A DNA stretch of 64,000 nt from positions 4,768,001 to 4,832,000 of the forward strand of contig CAVWLP010000002.1 in assembly GCA_963755915.1 (NCBI GenBank), in the 5' to 3' direction. Source of the DNA: an uncultured Phycisphaerales bacterium (GTDB lineage: Bacteria > Planctomycetota > Phycisphaerae > Tepidisphaerales > Tepidisphaeraceae). The translations under genes and the position numbers were made by a program. The notes beneath the pieces are model-generated. The model was not told the origin of the DNA. It was given only the letters and a program-made list of their open reading frames with translations, and did no database searches. Of this stretch, positions 21,924 through 31,965 are shown piece by piece. Position 1 is the first letter of the stretch, and the number at the start of each line of letters is the position of its first letter.

Positions 21924-22727
21924 ATGTCCAACGCCGGAAAATCCATCCTCGTTGTCGACGATGAGCCGAATGTCCGGCTCATGCTCCGCTCCACGCTTGA
22001 AGCCGACGGGTTCTCCGTCACCGAAGCGTGTGACGGGGAAGAGGCGATCCAATCGGTCGAGCAATTGAGGCCGGCGCTTGTGCTGCTTGACCTCTGGATG
22101 CACCGAGGCGACGGGATGCAGGTATTGGAATACTTGAATCGCAAGGCCCCGGAAGATCACCCGCGGGTGATCGTGTTGACCGCGCATGGCCGGGTTCCGG
22201 TCGTCGTGAAGGCGATGCGCCTGGGGGCTTCAGATTTTCTGGAAAAGCCGACGACGCCGGAAGATCTGCGGCTCAGTGTTTCGGCGGCCCTGGAAGACGC
22301 GCCCGAAAAGAACCCCCAGCCGGTCGAGCAAACCCCGTCGCGCACGGCGGCAAAGCTCGGCCCCGTTCTGGCGGGCATCCGCAGCGCCGTCTGGAACCAG
22401 GATATCCGGCTCACCGAGCGCATCCTCACCGCGCTTTTCCGCAAGGCGTGGAGCGACCCCGCTTATTTCAATCTTCTCGGCGCCGTCTTCGAAGCCGAGG
22501 GAAACCGCGGCGCGGCCAAGACCTTCTACCAGAAATCCGCCGACTCCCGCGCCGAATGCGAAGCGGCCAAACAAAATTTGCAGCGATTAAATGAATTGAA
22601 TGCAGACCCCGAACATCCCGCCGACGCAGTGCTCGGCGGGCAGAACGAATTTCTCAAGATGATCTGTGACGAGCACCGTAACCACGGCTCGCAAAGCAAC
22701 CACCCAGATGAAGGAGCCAATTTATGA
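21924..22727 (+). CDS. Second REC-TPR response regulator paralog
   Basis: DDEP...DLWM...TAHG...KP, then PAYFNLLGAVFE; no DNA-binding domain recognised. Confidence 0.85.
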   Translation: MSNAGKSILVVDDEPNVRLMLRSTLEADGFSVTEACDGEEAIQSVEQLRPALVLLDLWMHRGDGMQVLEYLNRKAPEDHPRVIVLTAHGRVPVVVKAMRLGASDFLEKPTTPEDLRLSVSAALEDAPEKNPQPVEQTPSRTAAKLGPVLAGIRSAVWNQDIRLTERILTALFRKAWSDPAYFNLLGAVFEAEGNRGAAKTFYQKSADSRAECEAAKQNLQRLNELNADPEHPADAVLGGQNEFLKMICDEHRNHGSQSNHPDEGANL

Positions 22728-22807
22728 TGGATTGTGTTTATCTCGGCGCAATGATCGCGTTCTTCGCCATCTGCGTCCTTTACGCCCACGCGTTTGGAAA
22801 GATTTGA
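22724..22807 (+). CDS. Small single-TM peptide (27 aa) upstream of kdpF
   Basis: MMDCVYLGAMIAFFAICVLYAHAFGKI; AAGGAG RBS; ATGA overlap with the previous stop. Confidence 0.75.
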   Translation: MMDCVYLGAMIAFFAICVLYAHAFGKI

Positions 22808-22825
22808 ATTTCAGGAGTCACCGTC

Positions 22826-22912
22826 ATGGCTGAAAACATTATTGTTGGAATCGCATCCGTTGGATTGATGGTTTACCTGTTCTGGACCCTCATCCGTCCC
22901 GAGCATTTCTAA
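22826..22912 (+). CDS. kdpF: K+-transporting ATPase subunit F
   Basis: MAENIIVGIASVGLMVYLFWTLIRPEHF has the YL-x3-L-x2-PE-x-F signature; AGGAG RBS. Confidence 0.9.
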   Translation: MAENIIVGIASVGLMVYLFWTLIRPEHF

Positions 22913-22932
22913 CGCAGCAAGAGCGCTGAATT

Positions 22933-24663
22933 ATGTCAACGTCCGGCTGGATACAACTCGCGGTTTATGTCGTGGTGCTCGTGGCGGTCACGAAGCCCAT
23001 GGGCATCTACCTTTTGCAGGTGCTCGACCCCGAGTTCGCCGGCGGCACGTTCCTCGATCGCGCTCTTGGGCCGGTCGAGCGCCTCATCTACGCCATCCTG
23101 CGCGTTGATCCCAAGCGCGAGCAGACCTGGAAGCAGTATGGGATCGCCATGCTCATCTTCAGCGTCGTCACGGCATTGATGACCTACACGATTCTGCGCC
23201 TCCAGAACCATCTGCCGCTGAATCCTCAGAGTTTCCCGGCCGTCGCCGACCATCTCGCTTTCAATACCTCGGCGAGTTTCACGACCAATACGAATTGGCA
23301 GAGCTACGGCGGCGAATCGACGATGTCGTATCTGTCGCAGATGCTGGCGCTGGCGAGCCACAACTTTTTCTCGGCTGCCGTGGGCATCGCCGTGGCGGCG
23401 GCTGTTATTCGGGGGATCGCTCGCAACAAGATCGGCACTCTCGGCAACTTCTGGCGCGATCTGGTCCGGCTTCACCTTTACCTGCTGCTGCCCATCTGCG
23501 TTCTTTACGCATCGTTCCTGATGAGCCAGGGAATCATTCAAAACTTCCGGCATTACTCAGTGCTCAATACGTTCGATCAAAGCGCGGCGGCGCAGCAGAC
23601 CATCGGCCAGGGACCAGTCGCTTCGCAGATCGCGATCAAAATGCTTGGCACCAACGGCGGCGGATTCTTCAACGCCAATGCAGCTCATCCTTTTGAGAAT
23701 TCAACGCCCCTTTGCAATTTCATTCAGATTCTGTCGATCTTCGTGATCCCCAGCGGTTTGACCTACTACCTCGGCCGGATGGTCAAAGACCAGGGCCACG
23801 GGTGGACCGTCTGGGCGGCGATGTTTGCCCTGTTCATCGCCGGGGTTGTGATCGCCTGGCCGGCGGAAGCCGCGGGCAATCCGCGTTTCACCTCACTGGG
23901 AGTCGATTCGGCAGCTGGGAATATGGAAGGCAAGGAAGTCCGCTTCGGAATTTTCGACTCGGCACTCTTTGCAACGATTACAACAGACGCCTCCTGCGGC
24001 GCCGTTAACTGCATGCACGACAGCATGACTCCGCTCGGAGGGCTGGTGCCGCTGTTCAATATTCAGACGGGCGAAGTCATCTTCGGCGGCGTTGGAGCGG
24101 GAATGTATGGCATGCTTATCTTTGTCATCCTCGCCATCTTCATCGCCGGATTGATGGTCGGACGCACGCCGGAATATCTCGGCAAGAAAATCGAAGGCTT
24201 CGACGTGAAATGCGCCGTATTGGCGATCCTTGCGCCCGCGGTCTGCATCCTTGGCTTCACCGCTTGGGCGTCGCAGAAAGACTGGGGAGTCGCCGGCACG
24301 AACAACAACGGCCCGCACGGCTTCAGTGAAATTCTCTACGCCTATACTTCCTGCGCCGGCAACAACGGCTCCGCCTTCGCCGGCATCAATACCAATACTC
24401 CCAATTACAACGACACATTGGCCATCGACATGCTCCTGGGCCGATTCTTCATGATCATCCCAATGCTCGCGATGGGTGGCCACCTCGCCACCAAGCGAAT
24501 CGCTCCGCAAAGCGCGGGCAGCTTCCCCGTCTCCGGAACCACTTTCACGCTCCTGCTCATCGGCACCGTCGTCATCGTCGGCGCGCTCACGTTTCTGCCG
24601 GCGCTGGCCATGGGGCCGATCGTTGAGCACTTTCAGATGTGGGGATCAAGGATGACCTTTTAA
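22933..24663 (+). CDS. kdpA: K+-transporting ATPase subunit A, canonical
   Basis: Filter motifs NTNWQ, TNGGG, SCGAV, NNGSA; GRTPEYLGKK. Confidence 0.96.
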   Translation: MSTSGWIQLAVYVVVLVAVTKPMGIYLLQVLDPEFAGGTFLDRALGPVERLIYAILRVDPKREQTWKQYGIAMLIFSVVTALMTYTILRLQNHLPLNPQSFPAVADHLAFNTSASFTTNTNWQSYGGESTMSYLSQMLALASHNFFSAAVGIAVAAAVIRGIARNKIGTLGNFWRDLVRLHLYLLLPICVLYASFLMSQGIIQNFRHYSVLNTFDQSAAAQQTIGQGPVASQIAIKMLGTNGGGFFNANAAHPFENSTPLCNFIQILSIFVIPSGLTYYLGRMVKDQGHGWTVWAAMFALFIAGVVIAWPAEAAGNPRFTSLGVDSAAGNMEGKEVRFGIFDSALFATITTDASCGAVNCMHDSMTPLGGLVPLFNIQTGEVIFGGVGAGMYGMLIFVILAIFIAGLMVGRTPEYLGKKIEGFDVKCAVLAILAPAVCILGFTAWASQKDWGVAGTNNNGPHGFSEILYAYTSCAGNNGSAFAGINTNTPNYNDTLAIDMLLGRFFMIIPMLAMGGHLATKRIAPQSAGSFPVSGTTFTLLLIGTVVIVGALTFLPALAMGPIVEHFQMWGSRMTF

Positions 24664-24696
24664 ACAAGGTTTTTGAGGGTTGGAAGGTATATCACT

Positions 24697-26538
24697 ATGA
24701 GTTACATGTCAGGTTCAGGTTGGGTTCAGTTGCTCGTCTTCTGCATCGGCTTGCTCCTTATCACCAAGCCGATGGGCCTCTATCTCCTGCGCGTCCTCGA
24801 CCCCGAAGTCGAGGGGGGCGTGGGACCGCTCGAGAAAATCCTCGGGCCGATTGAGAGGTTCACCTATTTTATCGCCCGAGTCGATCCCAAGAAGCAGCAG
24901 AACTGGAAGCAGTATCTCCTGTCCGTGCTCATGCTGGGATTCGTGACCATGGCACTCAGCTATGGGCTCTACCGGATTCAGGACATGCTGCCGCTTAAGC
25001 AGAACATGGCGAATCTCGCCCAGTCGGTCGACAAGTCCGGCGTGATAAATGGCGGGGGAAAAGTCCCGGGCATCATCGCCTTTATCCAAGGCGCCAGTTT
25101 CGTAACCAACACCGACTGGCAGAGCTACGAGCCGGAGCAGATGTTCACCTACTTCTCGCAGACGGTCTCGACCGCCCTGCACTTCTTCTTCTCCTCGGAG
25201 GTGGGCATCGCTGCCGCCGCGGTGGTGGTTCGATCGATTCGCCGCCGGGAGACGCGCGATCTGGGGAACTTCTGGGTGGATCTGACTCGCCAGACGCTTT
25301 ACCTCTTCCTGCCGATCTGCGTCGTGTTTGCGACGCTGGATATGTGGCAGGGAATTCCGATGAATTTTAACGCCTACACAAAGGCGACGGCGGTGGATCA
25401 ATCCGGCGCATCGGCCGGGCAACCCACGGTTCAAGGCATATTGCAGGGACCGATGGCTTCTTATTGTGCCCCGAAAGTTCTGGGCCTTAACGGCCCCGGA
25501 TTTACCGGCGCCGACTGCGCCCATCCGTTCGAAAATCCCACTCCGCTGGCCGAATTCCTTCAGTGGATGCTCTTTTTCTCCATCCCCTCCGGCATCGTCT
25601 ACTACTATGGCCGGATGATCGGCAACTCGCTTCACGCGTGGAATATCTGGCTGATCATGTTCATCATGCTGATGGGCACCCTCTTCGTCACCTGGTATTA
25701 CGAAGCCCAACCCAACCCCAACTTCGTGGCGATGGGCATCGACCCTCACAACGCCAACATGGAAGGCAAGGAAGTCCGCTTCGGAATCTATAACTCCGCG
25801 GCCTGGGCCAACGATGTCACCTGCACGGCCGAAGGCGCCAACAACTGTCAGCACGACTCGTTGACCCCCATGGCCGATTTCATGCTCCTCTTCAACATGC
25901 ACATGGGTGAACTTGTCTTCGGTGGCATCGGAACGGGCCTGTACACCATGATCATTTTCACGCTCGTGTCGGTCTTCCTCGCCGGGCTGATGATCGGCCG
26001 AACGCCGGAATACCTTGGCAAGAAGGTGGATGCCTACGGCGTGAAATGCGCGTGTCTCTACATGCTGGTGATGGTGATCGACGCCATCGGATTCACCGCC
26101 TGGGGCGCCGCCGCGACTTGGGGCAATGGAGCCGTCGGCAATAACGGGCCGCACGGTTTCAGCGAGATTTTCTACGCTTACAGCTCCGGAATGGCGAATA
26201 ACGGCACCGCCATGGGCGGCTACGGCTATTCGCCCACGGGCACCAATGCCGCCGGGCAGACGGTGTACACCAACACCATGTTCAACTGGACGCAGACTTA
26301 CTGCATGCTGATCGGCCGCTACTGGGAGCTGATCCCGGTTCTCGCCCTGGCCGGTGCGCTGGCGATTAAAAAACCGGCGCCTGCATCCGCGGGAAGCTTC
26401 CCCGTCGTCGGACCTACGTTTGTCTTACTTATCATCGCGGTCATCGTCATCGTCGGGGCGCTCAACTTCCTCCCCGGCCTGGCAATGGGACCGCTGCTGG
26501 AGCATTTCATCATGCGTGGCGGTGGAGTCCTGTACTGA
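24697..26538 (+). CDS. kdpA: Divergent second KdpA paralog with an altered selectivity filter
   Basis: KdpA scaffold is kept (HPFENP, NMEGKEVRFG, GRTPEYLGKK, GPHGFSE), but the filter motifs read NTDWQ, LNGPG, AEGAN, NNGTA. Confidence 0.9.
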   Translation: MSYMSGSGWVQLLVFCIGLLLITKPMGLYLLRVLDPEVEGGVGPLEKILGPIERFTYFIARVDPKKQQNWKQYLLSVLMLGFVTMALSYGLYRIQDMLPLKQNMANLAQSVDKSGVINGGGKVPGIIAFIQGASFVTNTDWQSYEPEQMFTYFSQTVSTALHFFFSSEVGIAAAAVVVRSIRRRETRDLGNFWVDLTRQTLYLFLPICVVFATLDMWQGIPMNFNAYTKATAVDQSGASAGQPTVQGILQGPMASYCAPKVLGLNGPGFTGADCAHPFENPTPLAEFLQWMLFFSIPSGIVYYYGRMIGNSLHAWNIWLIMFIMLMGTLFVTWYYEAQPNPNFVAMGIDPHNANMEGKEVRFGIYNSAAWANDVTCTAEGANNCQHDSLTPMADFMLLFNMHMGELVFGGIGTGLYTMIIFTLVSVFLAGLMIGRTPEYLGKKVDAYGVKCACLYMLVMVIDAIGFTAWGAAATWGNGAVGNNGPHGFSEIFYAYSSGMANNGTAMGGYGYSPTGTNAAGQTVYTNTMFNWTQTYCMLIGRYWELIPVLALAGALAIKKPAPASAGSFPVVGPTFVLLIIAVIVIVGALNFLPGLAMGPLLEHFIMRGGGVLY

Positions 26539-26583
26539 AGCTAATTTTGAAAACCAATTTGAGAGAGATTGAGGTTTAATCCT

Positions 26584-28674
26584 ATGGCTGCCAAAGCACG
26601 ACCCCTGTTCGATCCCGAAATCGTCATGCCGGCGATCTGGGAGAGCGTTAAGAAGCTCAACCCCGTTCACATGGTCAAGAACCCCGTCATGTTCGTGACC
26701 GAAGTTGGCGCGGTTCCTGACCACGCTAGATCTGTTCTTCACCAAGGACTCCCTCTGCGTTCGTCGCCCAGATTTCGCTGTGGCTGTGGTTCACGGTTCT
26801 CTTCGCCAACTTCGCCGAGGCCATGGCCGAAGGCCGCGGCAAGGCCCAGGCGGATGCCCTGCGCAAGAGCCGCACCAAAACCGTCGGCCGCAAGCTCATG
26901 CCTGACGGCTCGATTCAGACGGTCCCCGCGGAATCGTTCCGCAAGGGAGATATCTTCGTGGTGACGGCCAACGAGCTGATCGCCGCCGACGGCGAGATCA
27001 TCGAAGGCGCGGCCAGCGTTAACGAATCGGCCATCACCGGTGAATCCGCCCCGGTCATCCGCGAAGCCGGCGGCGACCGCTCGGCCGTTACCGGCGGCAC
27101 GACTGTCCTCTCGGATGAGATCAAGGTCCGCGTCACCGCCAACCCCGGCGAGAGCTTCATGGACCGCATGATCGAGCTGATCGAAGGCGCCAAACGTCAG
27201 AAGACGCCCAACGAAATCGCCCTTTCGATTCTGCTCTCGGCCCTGACGATCATCTTCCTGGCCGTCTGCATCACCATGCTCCCCTTCGCGATTTACACGC
27301 AGACGTATCTCAGCGCCGATGTCTACGCAGAAGGTGAGCCTGGCATCTTCTCCGTGACGGTGCTGATCGCCCTGCTGGTCTGCCTGATTCCGACAACGAT
27401 CGGCGGACTGCTTTCCGCCATCGGCATCGCCGGCATCGACCGAATGGTGCAGCACAACGTGCTGGCCATGAGCGGTAAAGCCGTTGAAGCCGCCGGCGAC
27501 GTCGACGTGCTTCTGCTGGATAAAACCGGCACGATCACCCTCGGCAATCGCGCCGCAGCCGAATTCATTCCCGCGCCGGGAGTGACGGAGACGGAATTAG
27601 CCGATGCCGCCCAGCTTTCCTCGCTGGCGGATGAAACGCCCGAGGGCCGCAGCATCGTCGTGCTGGCCAAGGAAAAGTACGGCATCCGCGGCCGGGAAAT
27701 CGGCGATATGCCCCATGCCGAATTCGTCCCCTTCACCGCCCAGACGCGCATGAGCGGCCTGAACTTGAATGGCGAAATGATCCGCAAAGGTGCTGCCGAC
27801 AGCGTTCGCAAATTCGTCCTGGCCGGTGGCGGCCGCCTTCCCCGCCGAGATCGATCGAACCGGTGGAAACGATCAGCCGCGCCGGCGGCACGCCTCTCGT
27901 CGTCGCCAGCACCACCAAAGTTTATGGAACGTCATTTATCTCAAGGACATCGTCAAGAGCGGCCTGCCCGACCGCTTCCAGCGCTTCCGGGCCATGGGCA
28001 TCAAGACGGTCATGATCACCGGCGACAACCCGCTGACCGCCGCCGCCATCGCCAAGGAAGCCGGCGTCGATGACTTCCTCGCCCAGGCCACGCCCGAAGA
28101 CAAGCTGGCCCTGCTCAAGAAAGAGCAGGCGGCGGGCCATCTCGTCGCCATGACCGGCGACGGCACCAACGACGCCCCGGCGCTGGCCCAGGCCGACGTC
28201 GGCGTCGCCATGAACACCGGCACCCAGGCCGCCAAGGAGGCCGGCAACATGGTCGATCTCGACAGCAACCCCACGAAGCTGATCGAAGTCGTCGAGATCG
28301 GCAAGCAGCTGCTGATGACCCGCGGCGCGCTGACGACCTTCAGCGTCGCCAACGACGTGGCGAAATATTTCGCCATCATCCCCGCGATGCTCATGGGCGC
28401 GTTCCCGCAGGTCGCCCCGCTGAACATCATGAAGCTGCACACGCCGCACAGCGCCATTCTCAGCGCCGTTATCTTTAACGCGATCATCATCATTCTGCTG
28501 ATTCCGCTGGCGCTGCGGGGCGTGAAATTCCGTCCGGCGCCGGCCGCCGTCATTCTGCGGCGCAATCTGCTGATCTACGGCTTCGGCGGCATCATTGCCC
28601 CGTTCCCCGGAATCAGGCTCATCGACCTTTTCATCAACGCCATCCACCTGCCCGGCTTGGCGATGATGCACTGA
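26584..28674 (+). CDS. kdpB: K+-transporting ATPase subunit B (apparent frameshifts near 26710-26770 and 27830-27930)
   Basis: [39 protein letters not shown]. Confidence 0.95.
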
Positions 28675-28699
28675 AAAAAACGAAAGAAGAATTACCCCC

Positions 28700-29630
28700 A
28701 TGAAAAGCGAAAAAAACACCGGCCACACAATGGTCATCCACCGTGAGAACGACGTCCCCGGCGGCTCCCTGCTCGGCGCACATCTGGGCCTCCATCGCCG
28801 TCACCATCGTCCTGGGCATTATCTGCTGCGGCATCTATCCCCTGCTCATCTGGGGAATCGGCCAGGCGGCATTCCGCTGGCAGGCGGACGGCTCCCTCCT
28901 GGACAAGTACGGGAACCACACGACGGACGATACCCAGGCCGTCGGATCGGCGCTGATCGGCCAGAATTTCTCCGCCGCTCAATACTTCCATCCCCGGCCC
29001 AGCGCGGCCGGCGCGGGCTATGATGCCACCAGTTCAGGCGGGACCAACCTCGGCCCCCTCAGCGATAAGCTTATCAACGGCCTCAATAACGCCGCCACCA
29101 CGCAGCCCACTACCCAGCCCGAATCAATCACCTACGACGGCGTCCGCTTCCGCACCATCCACTACGCCTACACCAACGGCCTTTCCTTCAAGCTCTATAA
29201 CGTCGCGGCCGACGGCACGAAAACGGAAGTCCCGCTCAAGAACTACCAGAACAAGGACGGCACCCTCAACCAAATGGCGATGGTGGACGCGTTCCCCCAC
29301 AACGGCGCCACGGCCGGCCTGATCGCCGGCGATTTCAAAGACGCCAGCGGCAACGACGTGCTGATCCCCGGCGACGCCGTCACCGCCTCAGGTTCCGGCC
29401 TCGACCCCCACATCAGCCCGGCCAACGCCGCCCTGCAGGTTAATCGCGTCGCTGCGGCCAGGAAAATGTCGCCCGACCAAGTGAAAGAGCTCGTCGCCAA
29501 GTACACCGACGGGCCGGATCTGGGAATTCTGGGCGATCCGGGCGTGAATGTTCTGCGGCTGAATATCGCATTGGATAATCAAAATGACCCTCACCCTAAC
29601 CCTCTCCCGGAGTACCGGGAGAGGGGATAA
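28700..29630 (+). CDS. kdpC: K+-transporting ATPase subunit C with a large internal insertion (frameshift near 28775; true stop may be TGA 29585-29587)
   Basis: YPL, GSALIGQNF, YFHPRPSA, SGGTNLGP, DAVTASGSGLDPHIS, VNVLRLNIALD. Confidence 0.92.
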
Positions 29631-29804
29631 GAGGGCGTAAGAGGGAGCGGTTCAAAGAGTCACTTGGGTGCGTGGGCGTCTTGATCAACGTCCAAACCGC
29701 CGCATTCGGGTGCAAACAGGCACTGCGGGGCAACGGCGCTAGTTGCCACACGCCGACCCCGCGGTACCGTTTTAACTTAGAAAGGCAAAATCCGCCCGTG
29801 GCGA

Positions 29805-31497
29805 ATGGCTGATGACAGAGCACAATCTTTCCTCCAGATGATCCGCACGCTCCCAGCGGGGGCGGCTCAAGGTCTATCTCGGTTACGGCCCCGGCGTCGG
29901 AAAAACTTTCCGCATGCTGCAGGAAGCGCACCGCCTTAAAAACGAAGGGATCGACGTCGTCGTTGGCCTCGTCGAAACCCACGGCCGCGCCGAAACCGCC
30001 AGCCTCCTCGAAGGCCTTGAAGTCATCCCCCGCCGAAAGGTCGAATATCACCAAATCGTCGTTGAGGAAATGGATGTGGATGCCGTCATCGCCCGACACC
30101 CCACGGTCGCCATCGTCGATGAGCTCGCCCATACCAACGTCCCCGGCAGCAAAAACACCAAGCGATACCAGGACGTCCAGGACATCGTCGCCGCAGGAAT
30201 ACACGTGATTTCTGCCCTCAACATCCAGCATCTCGAAAGCCTCTACAACATGGTGGAGAACCTCATCGGCGTAAAAGTGCGCGAGCGCCTGCCCGATTCC
30301 GTCCTCGCCGAGGCCGACCAGATCATCAACATCGACCTCTCCGCCGAAGACCTCCAGCAGCGCCTCAAGGAGGGAAAGATCTATCCCATGGAGCGCGTTC
30401 AGTCCTCCCTGGAAAATTTCTTCACCAGCGGCAACCTCGAGCATCTGCGCGAACTGGCCCTGCGCGAACTGGCATCGCAGATCGACTTCAAGCGCCGCGA
30501 AAGCGCCGGCAGCAGCAGGTCGCCGCCCCCACCGACGCCTCGCCCGAGCAGATCATGGTCTGCCTCTCCTCGCGCGGCCCCAACAGCGCCCGCCTCCTCC
30601 GCATCGGATCGCGCCTCGCCGGCCGTCTCAATCGCAACTGGTACGCGGTCTACGTGCAAACGCCTTCCGAAGACCCCACCGTCATCGACGCTGTCACCCA
30701 GCGCCTCCTCGCCGAAACCCAGGACCTCGCCAAGCAGCTTGGCGCAACCGTCTTCCAGTTCAAGGGACAGAACATCGCCGACACTATCCTCCGTTTCGCC
30801 TCGGAATACGGCGTCGGCCAGATCGTCATCGGACGCCCCCATCCCATCCCCTGGTGGAAGCGACTCATCGGCCACCACAGCGTCGCCGAGGATCTCATCC
30901 ACGCGCCAAGGCCGTGAGCATCATCGTCGTCGACGCCGAAAGCGAAGAGCGCCGCAGCACCGAATTCGTCGAGCCCTCCACCCAGGCGACGATCACGTCG
31001 GTCCGCCCCGCCGGCACGCTTAGCCGCCTCCTCACGCCGCAGCGGATCGTCATCTGGGACGATCCCGTGCCGCGGCAGGAAGTCCGCCAGCGCCTCGCCG
31101 AGGCCGTCGCCGCGGCAATCCGAGCCTCGGCATCGACGAGATTGTTGAAAAAACTCGCCGAGCGCGAGCAACTGGGCTCCATCTTCCTCAATGAAGGCAT
31201 CGCCCTGCCGCACGCCCGCATGGAAAAGCTCGACAACCCGGAGGTCGCCCTCGGCCTGACGCGTTCCGGCCTGCTCGACGTTGTCACCGAGCAACCCATC
31301 TCAGCCGTGTTCCTGTTGCTTTCCCCCGCCGCCAAGGCCAACGTCCATCTGCAGCTTCTCGCCAAGGCCGGCCGCGCCCTCCAGAACCGCGAGCTGCGCG
31401 CGCACTGGCCCGCGTTTCCACTCCCGAGGAAGCGATGGAGGCCATCCAGGATTTTGAAGCCGCCTTCAGCGGCCAGACTGTCGTCGCCTCCAAATAA
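29805..31497 (+). CDS. kdpD: Soluble KdpD N-terminal domain + Usp domain + PTS EIIA-like domain, no TM or kinase (several indels)
   Basis: Read across frames: RGRLKVYLGYGPGVGKT, ETHGR, VDELAHTN, KRYQDV, LRELAL; then Usp-like MVCLSS...IVIGRP; then LAEREQLGS...GIALPHAR...HLQLLA. Confidence 0.82.
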
Positions 31498-31499
31498 CC

Positions 31500-31877
31500 A
31501 TGCGCGACGAACCTCCCAGCACCGCCTTCCTTACGGCCCTGGAGGCCATCGCCTCGCGCATCAACGCCGCGACCTTCGCCTTCGACAACCCCGACGGCTC
31601 CCGCCGCGGCTTCGTCCAGTTTCTCGCCAGCCCCGATGACAGCCTCAAGATTCACCGCCTCTGGGTCCTGGAGCCCGGAATCGGTCACGGTTCGCAGATC
31701 CTGACCTCAATCTGCGATCTCGCCGACCAGCACGGCGTGAAAATCGTCCTCAAGACCGTCCCCTTCGGCGGCAAGCCCTACCCCATGCCGCGCGAGTCCC
31801 TCGCCGCCTGGTACCGCCGTCACGGCTTCGAAGGTCCCCGCTGGAAACTCGCGCGAAAACCCGGCGCGCTTCGCTGA
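31500..31877 (+). CDS. Small GNAT-like protein
   Basis: IHRLWV-x-EPGIGHGSQIL and LAAWYRRHGF resemble acetyl-CoA-binding motifs. Confidence 0.6.
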   Translation: MRDEPPSTAFLTALEAIASRINAATFAFDNPDGSRRGFVQFLASPDDSLKIHRLWVLEPGIGHGSQILTSICDLADQHGVKIVLKTVPFGGKPYPMPRESLAAWYRRHGFEGPRWKLARKPGALR

Positions 31878-31965
31878 CTCGCCCCTTGTGTTGACTCGCC
31901 TTGCATCAAGCCTCCCCGCTGACAATACTGTTCCGCGCCTGTTTTTGCGGGCGGAACATTTTTTG

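Noticed and set aside
29588-29630. REP-derived KdpC tail PHPNPLPEYRERG as a real extension
   Set aside because: One extra A in CAAAA would give DNQK-stop at the normal KdpC end, so a homopolymer error is more likely.
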